The notes: generated by a model not told the origin, from the sequence alone. Shown: positions 9,499 to 19,138, counted from the stretch's first letter. The stretch is 64,000 nt of DNA from Candidatus Cloacimonadales bacterium (GCA_965140615.1 OZ223280.1:1268077-1332076), one strand, 5' to 3'. Numbers and translations: made by a program.

Positions 9499-10340
9499 AC
9501 GGAGTACTTTTGGTGGACAAGCCCGCAGGCATTAGCTCTTTTGGGGTCATCTCTCAGATAAGACGGATTTTAGGCATCAAAAGGGTCGGACACTGTGGCA
9601 CTCTGGACAACTTTGCTACAGGTGTGCTGGTGGTGATGATAGGCAAAGCTACCCGCTTAGCTAGATTTGTGTCTGTTCAGGACAAAAGTTATCAGGCAAC
9701 AATCGTCTTCGGGCAGCAGACCGACACGGCTGACATCACAGGAGAGGTGATAGCCACAAGTGCTTTGCCTAGGGGACTCAGGGGCGATCTGGCAGAAAAG
9801 GTGCTGAGCATTACCTCACAAGTGCCACCGATATACTCGGCGATAAAGGTAGACGGCAAGCGAGCTTATGTCTTGGCACGCAGTGGCAGTGCAGTGCAGA
9901 TGAAGCCACGGGATGTGAAAATCTCGGAGTTCGCAGTGCAGGAGTTCGACGGCAAGCGGCTCACCTACACGGCGAGAGTGTCCAAGGGGACATATATCAG
10001 GACGCTCAGCGAGGACATCAGCGAGCTTCTGGGGGCAGTGGGGACTACGCAATCTCTTTGCAGGTTGGATTGTGCTGGATTTAGCCTTGATGAATGTGTG
10101 AGAGTAAAGCCGAATATGGACAAAGATTTTTTATTGGGCAAGGTGCTTTCACCAGATGTTTTGCTAAAAGATTTGCCTGCTATAGAGCTGGATGAGACGA
10201 ATTACGACAAGTTTTGTTGTGGTAATAGTTGGATGCAAGAAAGAGATAAAAATGACTTTACAAAAATTTACCACCGCGGAGTGTTGGTGGGTGTAGCGTG
10301 GGTCGAGCAGGGTGAGGTCAGACCCAAGATAGTGTTTTAG
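9480..10340 (+). CDS. truB: tRNA pseudouridine(55) synthase
   Basis: LLVDKPAGISSFGV...RVGHCGTLD with the catalytic Asp motif. Conserved truB-ribF gene order. Confidence 0.88.
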   Translation: MQETALNGVLLVDKPAGISSFGVISQIRRILGIKRVGHCGTLDNFATGVLVVMIGKATRLARFVSVQDKSYQATIVFGQQTDTADITGEVIATSALPRGLRGDLAEKVLSITSQVPPIYSAIKVDGKRAYVLARSGSAVQMKPRDVKISEFAVQEFDGKRLTYTARVSKGTYIRTLSEDISELLGAVGTTQSLCRLDCAGFSLDECVRVKPNMDKDFLLGKVLSPDVLLKDLPAIELDETNYDKFCCGNSWMQERDKNDFTKIYHRGVLVGVAWVEQGEVRPKIVF

Positions 10341-10353
10341 ATAGGGTGAATTT

Positions 10354-12708
10354 ATGAAAAGATTTATTAAGATTTTTATTATAATACTTTTTTCGCAAGG
10401 TATCTTGTGGTCGGCTGCTCAAAATGCACCTATCAACACCAAATTTGATAGCGAAGCGAAAAGGACAGCTTGGTGGAAAGGGCTGGAGTATCAGTGGAAG
10501 CTGACTTTCAATGAGCTACTGGGTAATGGGAAAACTGTCAAAAAGCCTAAAGATAGTTTTTTGCAAGGGCTACTAAAAAGAACTACGCTTTTTTTGTATG
10601 GGTATGGACTTACCAACATTAGTGGATTGTCTGAACTCGATCATCTGGAGAATATAAATTGTTCTTACAATAAAATCTCTAGCATAAAAGGTATAGAAAA
10701 TCTGGTAAACCTAAAGGAATTAAAGCTAAGCGACAATCGTATAACTTCTTTGCAACGCCTAAAAAACCTCAAAAAGCTGGAATATCTGCGAGCCGATTTT
10801 AACGACCTGCACGACCTTAAAGGGCTGGAGAATTTGCTTAATCTTAGGCGAGTGTATGTGAAGCGGAACTTTATCTCGTCGATCGAGCCTTTGGCGAATA
10901 AGCCTCTTTTGGAGGAGCTATCCATTAGCTACAACAAGATTGTCTCTTTGCAGCCGCTTCGCACTAGCACCAAGCTGAAGATTTTGCTGGTGCAACACAA
11001 TCTGCTGACGGACATCAAAGGGCTGGAAAGGCTGGTGAATTTGGAGCGAGTCTTCATCTTTAAGAACCGATTAACAAGCCTAGAGGGCGTGCAAAACCTC
11101 AAGAAGCTGAAAGTTTTTATGTTCTCGCAGGAGAGTGAAATTTTGCCTGAGGCAGAAAAGGAGAAAGTAAGGAAATTTTTTGCTCGAAAAAAGGCTTTTA
11201 GGTTTGGAATTGGTGGTGGATTGTTGGTGTTGTTTTGTTTAGCATTTTTTGGCTACATTTTGATAAACATTGCCAAGAGAGTAAAAAGACGCAAAGAACG
11301 AAGGAAAGAGTTTTTGCGGTTGCGGAAACTTTTTGAAAACCAAAAGGCGTCGTTTTTCGATAATAAAAAGCGACTTTACCAGTGGTGGAACAACTTGGAT
11401 GAGCAGTGGAAACGGATTTTTAATGTGCAACTGGACAACGGAAGCTCTTTGTTCTTTCCCCGAGAAGATGAGCTACGGATGCTGGTAAATAGTCGCTTTT
11501 TTAGGATGCGAGGCGACAATCTGACCAATCTTGGGGGACTGAGGAACTGCACAAAGTTGGAGCGACTTAGCTTTTACAACGAGGGTCCAAGATTTTTGAA
11601 GCTGTTTTCCGACTTAAACTTTTTAGCAAGATTTTCTGTCTTGAAGAAGATCGAGTTTTCCACAAGAGATGTGCAAAAAATCAAAAACTTTGCAAGGCTG
11701 GAAAAGATGTTCGAGATCGTAGTGCCAGCAAGCGAAATCCCTTATACTGCCAAGGGAAGTTTTATTGATGTATCTGATGATATACAAGTGCGTTATAAGT
11801 ATCCTATTGTGGCTATCGGCAACTTTGAGGGGTTGCACCTTGGGCATGCCAAGATACTCAATCGCCTCTACGCTAGAGCTGAGGACACAGGAGGAGAGGC
11901 TTTGGTGCTGACCTATAGAGTGCATACTCGGGAGCATTTCCTCAAGAAGGGGAACAAGCCAATAGCACCTTATATGATTTTGGAGAAAGATCACAAAGAG
12001 AACTTGCTATTTCATAAGTTTGGGGTGCACTCCATCTTGTATCTGGATTTTGAGAATCAGGTGGTAAACCTTACAGCCGAAGAGTTTTTTGAAGAGATTT
12101 TGATACGGAAGTTGCATATCAGGGAGATAGTTTGCGGACACGACACCAGATTTGGCAAAGATAGGAAGGGCGACTACAAGCTGTTGACAGAGCTGGCAAA
12201 GCCCTATGGGATACACATCCGCTTGGTAGATCCACTGATGATGGGTGATGAGATAGTATGTAGCAGATTGATCCGCCAGAAGATAGAAAATGGCGACATC
12301 AACGGGATTAAGCGGTATCTCTCGCGGAATTATTCGATAGTGGGTACTGTAGAGGCAGGGCGGAAGATTGGAGGGAAGCTGGGGTTTCCCACTCTGAACC
12401 TAGAGCCCAAGCAGGCATACAAGCTTTACCCAGCACAAGGGGTGTACATAACGCACACCAAGATAGGCAACAAGGGTTACTACGGTTTGACCAACATAGG
12501 GTTTGCCCCGACGGTGAGGCAAGATATTAAAAAGAAAACAATAGAAAATTACTTGCACAAATTTAGTGGTTCGCTTTATGGACAAGAGGTGAAAATCGTG
12601 TTTTTGCAGTATCTGCGGGGCGAGAAGAAGTTTGCCTCCAAAAGTGATTTGGTGCAACAGTTGAAAGAAGATTTGAAAATGCTAAAGCAATATATAAGGG
12701 TGCATTAG
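10354..12708 (+). CDS. ribF: Fusion protein: signal peptide, leucine-rich repeats, one TM helix, a second LRR-like module, and a C-terminal riboflavin kinase / FAD synthetase (RibF)
   Basis: N-terminal LRR units (LxxLxLxxNxIxxI). TM segment FGIGGGLLVLFCLAFFGYILINI followed by KRVKRRKERRKE. The C-terminal ~310 aa (YPIVAIGNFEGLHLGHAKIL ... GDINGIKRYL...PTLNLEP) is a canonical RibF. No stop codon occurs between the modules. Confidence 0.7.
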   Translation: MKRFIKIFIIILFSQGILWSAAQNAPINTKFDSEAKRTAWWKGLEYQWKLTFNELLGNGKTVKKPKDSFLQGLLKRTTLFLYGYGLTNISGLSELDHLENINCSYNKISSIKGIENLVNLKELKLSDNRITSLQRLKNLKKLEYLRADFNDLHDLKGLENLLNLRRVYVKRNFISSIEPLANKPLLEELSISYNKIVSLQPLRTSTKLKILLVQHNLLTDIKGLERLVNLERVFIFKNRLTSLEGVQNLKKLKVFMFSQESEILPEAEKEKVRKFFARKKAFRFGIGGGLLVLFCLAFFGYILINIAKRVKRRKERRKEFLRLRKLFENQKASFFDNKKRLYQWWNNLDEQWKRIFNVQLDNGSSLFFPREDELRMLVNSRFFRMRGDNLTNLGGLRNCTKLERLSFYNEGPRFLKLFSDLNFLARFSVLKKIEFSTRDVQKIKNFARLEKMFEIVVPASEIPYTAKGSFIDVSDDIQVRYKYPIVAIGNFEGLHLGHAKILNRLYARAEDTGGEALVLTYRVHTREHFLKKGNKPIAPYMILEKDHKENLLFHKFGVHSILYLDFENQVVNLTAEEFFEEILIRKLHIREIVCGHDTRFGKDRKGDYKLLTELAKPYGIHIRLVDPLMMGDEIVCSRLIRQKIENGDINGIKRYLSRNYSIVGTVEAGRKIGGKLGFPTLNLEPKQAYKLYPAQGVYITHTKIGNKGYYGLTNIGFAPTVRQDIKKKTIENYLHKFSGSLYGQEVKIVFLQYLRGEKKFASKSDLVQQLKEDLKMLKQYIRVH

Positions 12709-13074
12709 ATGAAAGTAAAAGAAATGTTGAAGTTGGTAGATGGCAAGCTATTGAGCGTGGATGCACATCTGGAGTACGATGTGTTTTTTGGTGTGGGTTC
12801 GGATCTTATTAGCGATATCTTGATGTGTGTGAAAGACTCCGCTGTGCTTTTCACGGGGCTTATTAACCATCAGATTATCCGAGTGGCAGAGATGGTGGAT
12901 ATGCAAGCCATTGTGTTTGTGCGGGGGAAAAAGCCGACGCAAGAGATGCTAGATTTGGCAAAGGAACACGATTTGCCTGTTTTATGTTCTAACTTGTCTT
13001 TGTATGAGGCTTGTGCTTTAGCGTATCAAGGTGGATTGAAACCTCTGCCGATAAAGGTTAGCATAGATGAATAG
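12709..13074 (+). CDS. DRTGG domain protein
   Basis: 121-aa ORF. Its sequence recurs as the C-terminal domain of the HydS-like protein at 13565-15172. Confidence 0.55.
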   Translation: MKVKEMLKLVDGKLLSVDAHLEYDVFFGVGSDLISDILMCVKDSAVLFTGLINHQIIRVAEMVDMQAIVFVRGKKPTQEMLDLAKEHDLPVLCSNLSLYEACALAYQGGLKPLPIKVSIDE

Positions 13075-13546
13075 GTTCGTCTATAGCAAAGATGCGGATG
13101 TAGATCCAGATGAGTTTTTGGCTGATTTGGGGCAACCTCCCATCAACTTTGAGTTCGATATAGAGCCCAAAGATTTCGTGGTGTCGGGCAAAGCTACAAC
13201 CAAGGTGAAGAAGTACCTAAAGGTGCTGGGCATAGACGCTGGCTCTTTGCGGAGGTTTGCCGTGGCTAGCTACGAGGCGGAGATAAATGTGGTGGCTCAC
13301 TCCAAGGGTGGCAAGATGATTAGTGGAATCTACCCGGAGTTTGTGCATCAGAAGTTCAGCGACGAAGGTCCGGGCATAGATGATATAGACAAGGCGATGC
13401 AGCCCGGCTACTCCACAGCGGACGAGCTGGCACGCTCTATGGGGTTTGGTGCTGGTATGGGCTTGCCAAATATTAAAGATAATGTGGACATTATGAGGCT
13501 TACATCACAGCAAAAAACGGTGATGGAGCTGGTGGTGTTTTTTTGA
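13067..13546 (+). CDS. Anti-sigma-factor-like serine kinase (RsbW/SpoIIAB-type HATPase)
   Basis: 159-aa ORF with an HATPase_c-like core (..EAEINVVAHSKGG...DEGPGID..GFGAGMGLP). Confidence 0.6.
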   Translation: MNRFVYSKDADVDPDEFLADLGQPPINFEFDIEPKDFVVSGKATTKVKKYLKVLGIDAGSLRRFAVASYEAEINVVAHSKGGKMISGIYPEFVHQKFSDEGPGIDDIDKAMQPGYSTADELARSMGFGAGMGLPNIKDNVDIMRLTSQQKTVMELVVFF

Positions 13547-13564
13547 TGAAGATGAAGAAGAAAG

Positions 13565-15172
13565 ATGATGAGTAAAGGTTCTGTCCAAGAGGATAAAACA
13601 AAGTGCATCGGTTGCACCAGATGTGTGCGTGTCTGCCCTGTATCTGCCATTCGACTGCGAGATGGCAAGGTGGAGCGATATACGCAAAGGTGCATTAGCT
13701 GTGGGCAGTGTATCAAGGTTTGCCCAGTGGGTGCTATTCAGAGTGTTTATGATGATTTTGATCAGCTGCTGCAAGACTCAAGGTTTAAGTACCGCGTAGC
13801 TTTGTTGTCTAATGTGTTTATCGGGCAACTGCCCCCAAAAGTGGACTATAAGATGGCGACGGATGCTCTTTTGCGTTTGGGCTTCGATAGGGTGATAGAT
13901 GAGAATATGATCACCGGGGTGATGGCACCGATTTTTGCCAAGAAGCTCAATCAGGCGAAGATACGGCCATTGATTTCGTCCAATTGCCCTGCGATAGTCA
14001 GGCTCATAAGATTTAAGTATCCATCGCTGTTGCCGCACATCTTGCCTCTAGAGACCTCTGTGGAGATACTCAGCACTTACTATCGGCACTATCTAGCTCA
14101 GCAGATGGGGTGTAAACTGAAGGAGATCGGCATCTTTTTTGTAGCTCCTTGTTCTGCTCAGATTACGGCACAAAAAAGCCCTGTAGGCAGGAAGGAGTCT
14201 TCCTTGGACGGTGCTTTGGCGATGAAAGATATTTATAATCGGGTGCTGAATATTTGTTATAAGCAAAAGCATGAAGAGAAGAAAGAGGAGCAAGATAGCA
14301 AAAGCACGAAGCGGCACGAGAATTGGGGCATCTATGTTTCCGAAGGAAACCAGATAAAGAAAAGCAACTTTAAGACTTTAGCCGTCAGCGGGTTCAAGGG
14401 CACAAAAGATATTTTGACCAAGATAGAAGGTGGACAGCTAGATTTTTACGACTATGTGGTACTCCGCAGTTGCACGAACGGTTGTGTGGGTGGCGATTTG
14501 AATGCGGAGAACCCATTTATTGCTTCCAATCGGATAGCGTCGTCCGATGTTGTGTTCGAGAAGATAGATAAGGAGCTTTTTTACAAACTGTTTGAGCAAG
14601 GGGAGTTCGGATTGCGAGAGGCTCTTACTCCTGTGGCGTGCGATAAAGATAGTTTGTCTATAAAGGAAAAGATTGTTAAGATGAAAAAGTACAAAGATAT
14701 CCAAAAACTTTTGCCCGGGAAAGATTGCGGAATATGTGGCTGTCCTACTTGTGCAGATTTGGCTAAAGAGATAGTGGATGGCAACGCTAAGTTCTCCGAT
14801 TGCGTTTTTAATATGCAAGAGCAAAAGAAGGTATCGTTGCCCAAGATAATAGAGGCTATCGGGGGCAAGCTCTTGAGTCAGGAGAGAGATTTGTCGCAGA
14901 TGGAGGTAAGCAGTGTCTATGCGGGCGATTTGCTTTCGGATGTGATGGCTTCGGCTGGGGATTGCCAAGTGTGGGTAACGATAATGCAACACCAGAACAC
15001 GATAGCCGTGGCATCGCTTTTGGAGATAGAGGCGGTGATTTTTGCCAAAGACAAGAAGCCCGAGCAAAAGTTGATAGAGAAAGCTAACGAAGAAGGGATT
15101 GTGCTTATTAGCAGCTCACTTTCTTCTTTTCAGATTTCGGGGATATTGTACAAAATGGTGGTGGTAAAGTAG
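13565..15172 (+). CDS. Sensory-type [FeFe]-hydrogenase-like protein (HydS-like): 2x[4Fe-4S] ferredoxin N-terminus, an H-cluster domain with non-canonical motifs, an extra Cys cluster and a C-terminal DRTGG-like domain
   Basis: CIGCTRCVRVCP and CISCGQCIKVCP. L1-like SSNCPA (canonical TSCCPxW), L2-like APCSAQ (canonical MPCxxKxxE), L3-like SCTNGCVGG (canonical MACxxGCxxGGGQP). CGICGCPTC cluster. The C-terminus is similar to ORF 12709-13074. Confidence 0.65.
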   Translation: MMSKGSVQEDKTKCIGCTRCVRVCPVSAIRLRDGKVERYTQRCISCGQCIKVCPVGAIQSVYDDFDQLLQDSRFKYRVALLSNVFIGQLPPKVDYKMATDALLRLGFDRVIDENMITGVMAPIFAKKLNQAKIRPLISSNCPAIVRLIRFKYPSLLPHILPLETSVEILSTYYRHYLAQQMGCKLKEIGIFFVAPCSAQITAQKSPVGRKESSLDGALAMKDIYNRVLNICYKQKHEEKKEEQDSKSTKRHENWGIYVSEGNQIKKSNFKTLAVSGFKGTKDILTKIEGGQLDFYDYVVLRSCTNGCVGGDLNAENPFIASNRIASSDVVFEKIDKELFYKLFEQGEFGLREALTPVACDKDSLSIKEKIVKMKKYKDIQKLLPGKDCGICGCPTCADLAKEIVDGNAKFSDCVFNMQEQKKVSLPKIIEAIGGKLLSQERDLSQMEVSSVYAGDLLSDVMASAGDCQVWVTIMQHQNTIAVASLLEIEAVIFAKDKKPEQKLIEKANEEGIVLISSSLSSFQISGILYKMVVVK

Positions 15173-15889
15173 ATGAGGTGCAAAGCCGATCTGCATATGC
15201 ACTCTGTTTTATCGCCGTGTGGGGATTACTCTATGTCGCCTTCGCTTTTGTTTGAGAAGGCTGTGCAGAGTGGATTTCAGATGGTTTCTATCACAGAACA
15301 TAACAGTCTGGCAAATGCCAGAGCTTACGATAGCATCGCCAAAAAGTTCGGTATCCACTTTATCTATGGGGTGGAGATACAGACCAACTTGGAGGTGCAC
15401 CTTTTGGCTTATTTGCCAGATAAAGATGCGGCGGAAGCTTTTGATAAAGAGCTTTACCAGAGTTTGCCCGATATTCAAAACAAGAAAAATTTCTTTGGCG
15501 ACCAAGTGTTGATAAACGAAGATGAGATGGTGCTTGGTTTCGAGAATAGACTTTTGCTCAACTCTGTGTCGTGGGATTTGCGGACGACGGCGATCAAGGT
15601 GAAAAACTATGGAGGCTTGCTGGTGGCATCGCACATAGATGCCGATAGCTTTAGTATTAGCTCGCAATTGGGGTTTTTGCCCGAGGATATCCAGTTCGAA
15701 GCTCTGGAGGTGGTGGGCGACACTACGCCGTGGGTAAAGTACGATTTGCCTTTGGTCAAAAACTCTGACGCTCACTATCTGAAAGATTTTGGTAAGCGGT
15801 ACACGGAGTACCAGATGGACGAGATAGGGTTTGAGGGATTGAAAAATGCATTGCAAAAAAAGCAAATTGCGATAAAAAGTAGCGAATAG
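15173..15889 (+). CDS. PHP-domain phosphoesterase
   Basis: N-terminal DLHMHSVLSPCGD...ITEHN, a PHP metal-binding motif. Confidence 0.65.
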   Translation: MRCKADLHMHSVLSPCGDYSMSPSLLFEKAVQSGFQMVSITEHNSLANARAYDSIAKKFGIHFIYGVEIQTNLEVHLLAYLPDKDAAEAFDKELYQSLPDIQNKKNFFGDQVLINEDEMVLGFENRLLLNSVSWDLRTTAIKVKNYGGLLVASHIDADSFSISSQLGFLPEDIQFEALEVVGDTTPWVKYDLPLVKNSDAHYLKDFGKRYTEYQMDEIGFEGLKNALQKKQIAIKSSE

Positions 15890-15897
15890 GGGGAAAA

Positions 15898-16368
15898 GTG
15901 GTGAAATGTGAAAACGCACTTTACGATGAGCTGAAAAAGATAATCCAGACGAAGGCTGAGCTGAAAGATCCTTTGATTGAGATTTTGCGAGAGGCTCAAG
16001 AGTTGTTTGGTTATTTGCCCAAAGAGGTACAGATATTTGTTGCAGAACAGATGAATTTGCCAGTGAATAAAGTTTATGAAGTGGTAACTTTTTACAACTT
16101 TTTTTCTATGAAGCCTCGGGGGAAGTTTGTGATAAATGTTTGCACTGGGACAGCTTGCTATGTGAAGGGTGCTGCGAAAGTGATAGAGATGATAGAACAA
16201 GATTTGGGTATTCAGCTAGGGCAGACTAGCCCAGATGGCAAGTTTACGCTTTCTTCTGTGCGTTGCGTGGGAGCTTGTTCGCTAGCACCAGTGGTGGTTA
16301 TCGGGCAAGATACTTATGGCAAGGTCGTTAGCAAAGCACAGGTCAAAGAGATTTTAAGCAAATATTAG
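15898..16368 (+). CDS. NuoE/HndA-like [2Fe-2S] subunit (hydrogenase gamma subunit, HydC-like), copy 1
   Basis: Thioredoxin-like [2Fe-2S] cysteine pattern: VCTGTACYVKG ... CVGACSLAPVV. Confidence 0.8.
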   Translation: MVKCENALYDELKKIIQTKAELKDPLIEILREAQELFGYLPKEVQIFVAEQMNLPVNKVYEVVTFYNFFSMKPRGKFVINVCTGTACYVKGAAKVIEMIEQDLGIQLGQTSPDGKFTLSSVRCVGACSLAPVVVIGQDTYGKVVSKAQVKEILSKY

Positions 16369-16409
16369 TGAAAAGTAGATAAAATGAAACTGACGGAAGA
16401 CCCAAGGTT

Positions 16410-16955
16410 ATGCAAGACATATCTTTACATTTATTAGACATTTTGCAAAATTCCGTGAGTGCGGGTGCGTCGCTGATTGTCTGCCGATTTGTGAAGTCTG
16501 CGGGAGTTTTGCGAGTGTCTGTGCAGGACGATGGCAAAGGGATGGATGAGCAGACCTTGCAAGCTGCTCTAGACCCTTTTTACACTAGCAAGGTGCATCG
16601 CAAGAAGAAGGTCGGCTTGGGCATTCCGCTCTTTGCACAGAGTGCTAAGCTCTCGGGTGGCTCTTTTCAGATGCAATCTAGCGTTGGTAAAGGCACGCAA
16701 TTGGAGGCAAGCTTTGTCCTTTCCAGTATAGATGCCTTGCCACTGGGGGATATAGCTTTTAGCGTGCTTACCTGTGTTGTGTCGCATCCAGAGGTAGATT
16801 TTGTGGTGGAGAGTGTGGTGGAGCAAGAGAAAGATTATTTTGATACTCGTCTGATCAAAAAGGAGTTAGAGGGCGTGCCCTTGGATCAGCCAGAGATAAG
16901 AGCTTTTATAGAAGAGCTTCTTAACCAGCAGATAGTAAAATTGGAGGAAAGATGA
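16410..16955 (+). CDS. Histidine-kinase-like ATPase domain protein (HATPase_c only)
   Basis: ..VQDDGKGMDEQTL...GLGIPL.. The position between NuoE-like and NuoF-like genes matches HydABCD-type operons. Confidence 0.6.
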   Translation: MQDISLHLLDILQNSVSAGASLIVCRFVKSAGVLRVSVQDDGKGMDEQTLQAALDPFYTSKVHRKKKVGLGIPLFAQSAKLSGGSFQMQSSVGKGTQLEASFVLSSIDALPLGDIAFSVLTCVVSHPEVDFVVESVVEQEKDYFDTRLIKKELEGVPLDQPEIRAFIEELLNQQIVKLEER

Positions 16956-17305
16956 AGTCGTTAGCAGAGTTGAAAAAGTTGAAAGAAGAAGTTCAGAAAA
17001 AGATGAACTTGAGAAATTCGGATTATAAATATAAAATCGTGGTAGGTATGGGCACTTCTGGTATCGCGATGGGAGCTAGAGAAGTTATGAGAGCTTTTTT
17101 GGATGAAATATCCAAAAGAGATATTTCGGGAGTAGTGGTAACCCAGAGTGGTGAGAAAGGTGCCTCTAGTATGGAGCCTGTAGTGGATGTGTTGGAAAGG
17201 GATGGTAAGGTTGTTACTTATTGCCAGATGAGTGCCGAGAAGGCGAAAAAAGTTATCAGTGAGCATATTGTTAATGGAAATATTATTAGTGAATATTTGA
17301 TTTAG
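16952..17305 (+). CDS. Thioredoxin-like ferredoxin-fold protein (HndB/HydD-like), apparently cysteine-depleted
   Basis: 117 aa with only one Cys. GMGTSGIAMGA sits where the CxGxxC motif would be. Confidence 0.5.
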   Translation: MKSLAELKKLKEEVQKKMNLRNSDYKYKIVVGMGTSGIAMGAREVMRAFLDEISKRDISGVVVTQSGEKGASSMEPVVDVLERDGKVVTYCQMSAEKAKKVISEHIVNGNIISEYLI

Positions 17306-17314
17306 AAGGTTAGT

Positions 17315-19138
17315 ATGTTAAAAAGGATTGATGTTTTACTGTGTTTTGGTTCTGGATGTGTATCTGCTGGAGCCAAAAAAATTAAGGAAGAGCTCCAAAA
17401 TCAGGTCAAAGCTTATGATATAGATAGCGAGGTAAACATCATAGAAACAGGCTGTATGGGACCTTGCGATTATGGACCTTTGATGCTTATTTATCCAGAA
17501 GGTGTTTTTTATAAACAGTTGAAACCTGAAGATATGAAAGAGGTGGTGGAAGAGCATTTTGTAAAGGGCAGAATCGTGGAGCGTCTTTTGATGAAAGATG
17601 AATCTGTGTCTGCAAGGGCTATTCGCAATGTGGAAGATGTGCCTTTTTACCAGAACCAAACCAAGATAGCACTCAAGCATTGCGGCTATGTAGATCCTGA
17701 GTCGCTGGAGGAGTATGTGGCTGTGGATGGCTACGCTGCTTTGGGGAAGGTATTAGAGGAGATGTCGCCCGATGAGGTGATAAAGCAGATAGCCATCTCG
17801 GGCTTGCGAGGTAGAGGAGGTGGGGGTTTTCCCACGCACCTCAAGTGGAAGTTTGCTAGAGCTGCCAGTAGCGACGATGGCGTAAAGTATATGATATGCA
17901 ACGGCGATGAGGGAGATCCGGGAGCTTTTATGGATAGGTCGCTTTTGGAAGGCGATCCGCATAAAGTACTGGAAGGAATGATGATAGCTGCTTATGCAGT
18001 GGGAGCTTGTGAGGGATTTTTTTATATTAGAGCGGAGTATCCTTTAGCTATTCAAAGAATAAAATTGGCTATCGAAAAAGCTAGAGAATTTGGGCTTTTG
18101 GGCGACAACATTTTAGGAAGTAATTTTTGTTTTGATATAGAGGTGCGTACTGGTGCAGGTGCTTTTGTGTGTGGAGAGGAAACAGCTTTGATTTCTTCTA
18201 TTGAGGGTAAGAGGGGTCATCCTAAACCAAAGCCCCCTTTCCCTGCTAACAAGGGACTCTGGGGCAAACCGACGAATATTAACAATGTGGAGACTTTTGC
18301 TAATGTTCCGTCCATCATTTTGAAAGGTGGCGATTGGTTTGCGTCGATGGGCACTAAAACCAGCAAAGGCACAAAGGTGTTTGCCCTGACTGGCGATGTG
18401 AAGAACACTGGGCTGGTGGAGGTGCCGATGGGCATCACTATCGGTGAGTTGATAGGTAAAGTGGGTGGTGGTATGAGTGATGGTCAGTTCAAGGCTGTAC
18501 AGCTGGGTGGACCCTCTGGCGGTTGCCTGACCAAAGAGCACTGGGATGTGCCGATAGATTACGACTCGTTGGTGGCTGAGGGTGCTATGATGGGTTCTGG
18601 TGGTGTGATAGTGATGAATGAAGGGAAATGTATGGTCAATGTTGCTAAATTTTTCTTGGAGTTCTCTTTGGAAGAGTCTTGTGGTAAGTGCTCCCCTTGT
18701 CGCATTGGTCTGAAGCATATGCACAATATCTTGGAGAAGATTACCGCTGGCAAGGGTACTATGGAAGATATTGTGGAGCTAGAAAAGGTTGGGGATGTGG
18801 TAAAGCGTACTTCGTTGTGCGGATTGGGGCAAACCGCTCCAAATCCTGTACTTTCTACTCTGAAATATTTCCGTAATGAATACAAAGAGCATATCGAAGA
18901 GAAAAAATGTTCGTCTCTTGTTTGCCAAGACCTTTTGCATTTTAGGATAGATAAAGCTAAATGTGTGGGGTGTTCGTTGTGTGCGAAAAAGTGTCCCACC
19001 GCTTGCATCGAAGGCTCTCGTGATGAGAAATTCACCATTTTACAAGCTGAGTGTATTAAGTGTGGGAGCTGCTTAGAGGTTTGCCCAGTGAATGCTGTGG
19101 CAAAGTTGCCGGGAAAATGGGAAGAAGAAACAATATAG
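17315..19138 (+). CDS. NuoF/HndC-like NADH-binding flavoprotein subunit (HydB-like). N-terminal Trx-like [2Fe-2S] domain and two C-terminal [4Fe-4S] ferredoxin motifs.
   Basis: GLRGRGGGGFPT, CNGDEGDPGAF, ESCGKCSPCRIG. C-terminal CVGCSLCAKKCP and CIKCGSCLEVCP. Confidence 0.88.
   Translation: MLKRIDVLLCFGSGCVSAGAKKIKEELQNQVKAYDIDSEVNIIETGCMGPCDYGPLMLIYPEGVFYKQLKPEDMKEVVEEHFVKGRIVERLLMKDESVSARAIRNVEDVPFYQNQTKIALKHCGYVDPESLEEYVAVDGYAALGKVLEEMSPDEVIKQIAISGLRGRGGGGFPTHLKWKFARAASSDDGVKYMICNGDEGDPGAFMDRSLLEGDPHKVLEGMMIAAYAVGACEGFFYIRAEYPLAIQRIKLAIEKAREFGLLGDNILGSNFCFDIEVRTGAGAFVCGEETALISSIEGKRGHPKPKPPFPANKGLWGKPTNINNVETFANVPSIILKGGDWFASMGTKTSKGTKVFALTGDVKNTGLVEVPMGITIGELIGKVGGGMSDGQFKAVQLGGPSGGCLTKEHWDVPIDYDSLVAEGAMMGSGGVIVMNEGKCMVNVAKFFLEFSLEESCGKCSPCRIGLKHMHNILEKITAGKGTMEDIVELEKVGDVVKRTSLCGLGQTAPNPVLSTLKYFRNEYKEHIEEKKCSSLVCQDLLHFRIDKAKCVGCSLCAKKCPTACIEGSRDEKFTILQAECIKCGSCLEVCPVNAVAKLPGKWEEETI

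Noticed and set aside
14438-15067. 209-aa minus-strand ORF inside the HydS-like gene
   Set aside because: Antisense shadow; the plus-strand gene has strong Fe-S and H-cluster motifs.
18113-18724. 203-aa minus-strand ORF inside the NuoF-like gene. Similar long antisense ORFs occur at 21073-21831 in hydA, 28633-29118 in hisC, 45639-46211 in the HK, 46906-47652 in hisD, 48384-49133 in cstA, 56643-57137 and 57324-57857 in topA, and 62435-63103.
   Set aside because: All lie opposite confidently identified genes and carry no motifs; they are typical GC-skew shadow ORFs.
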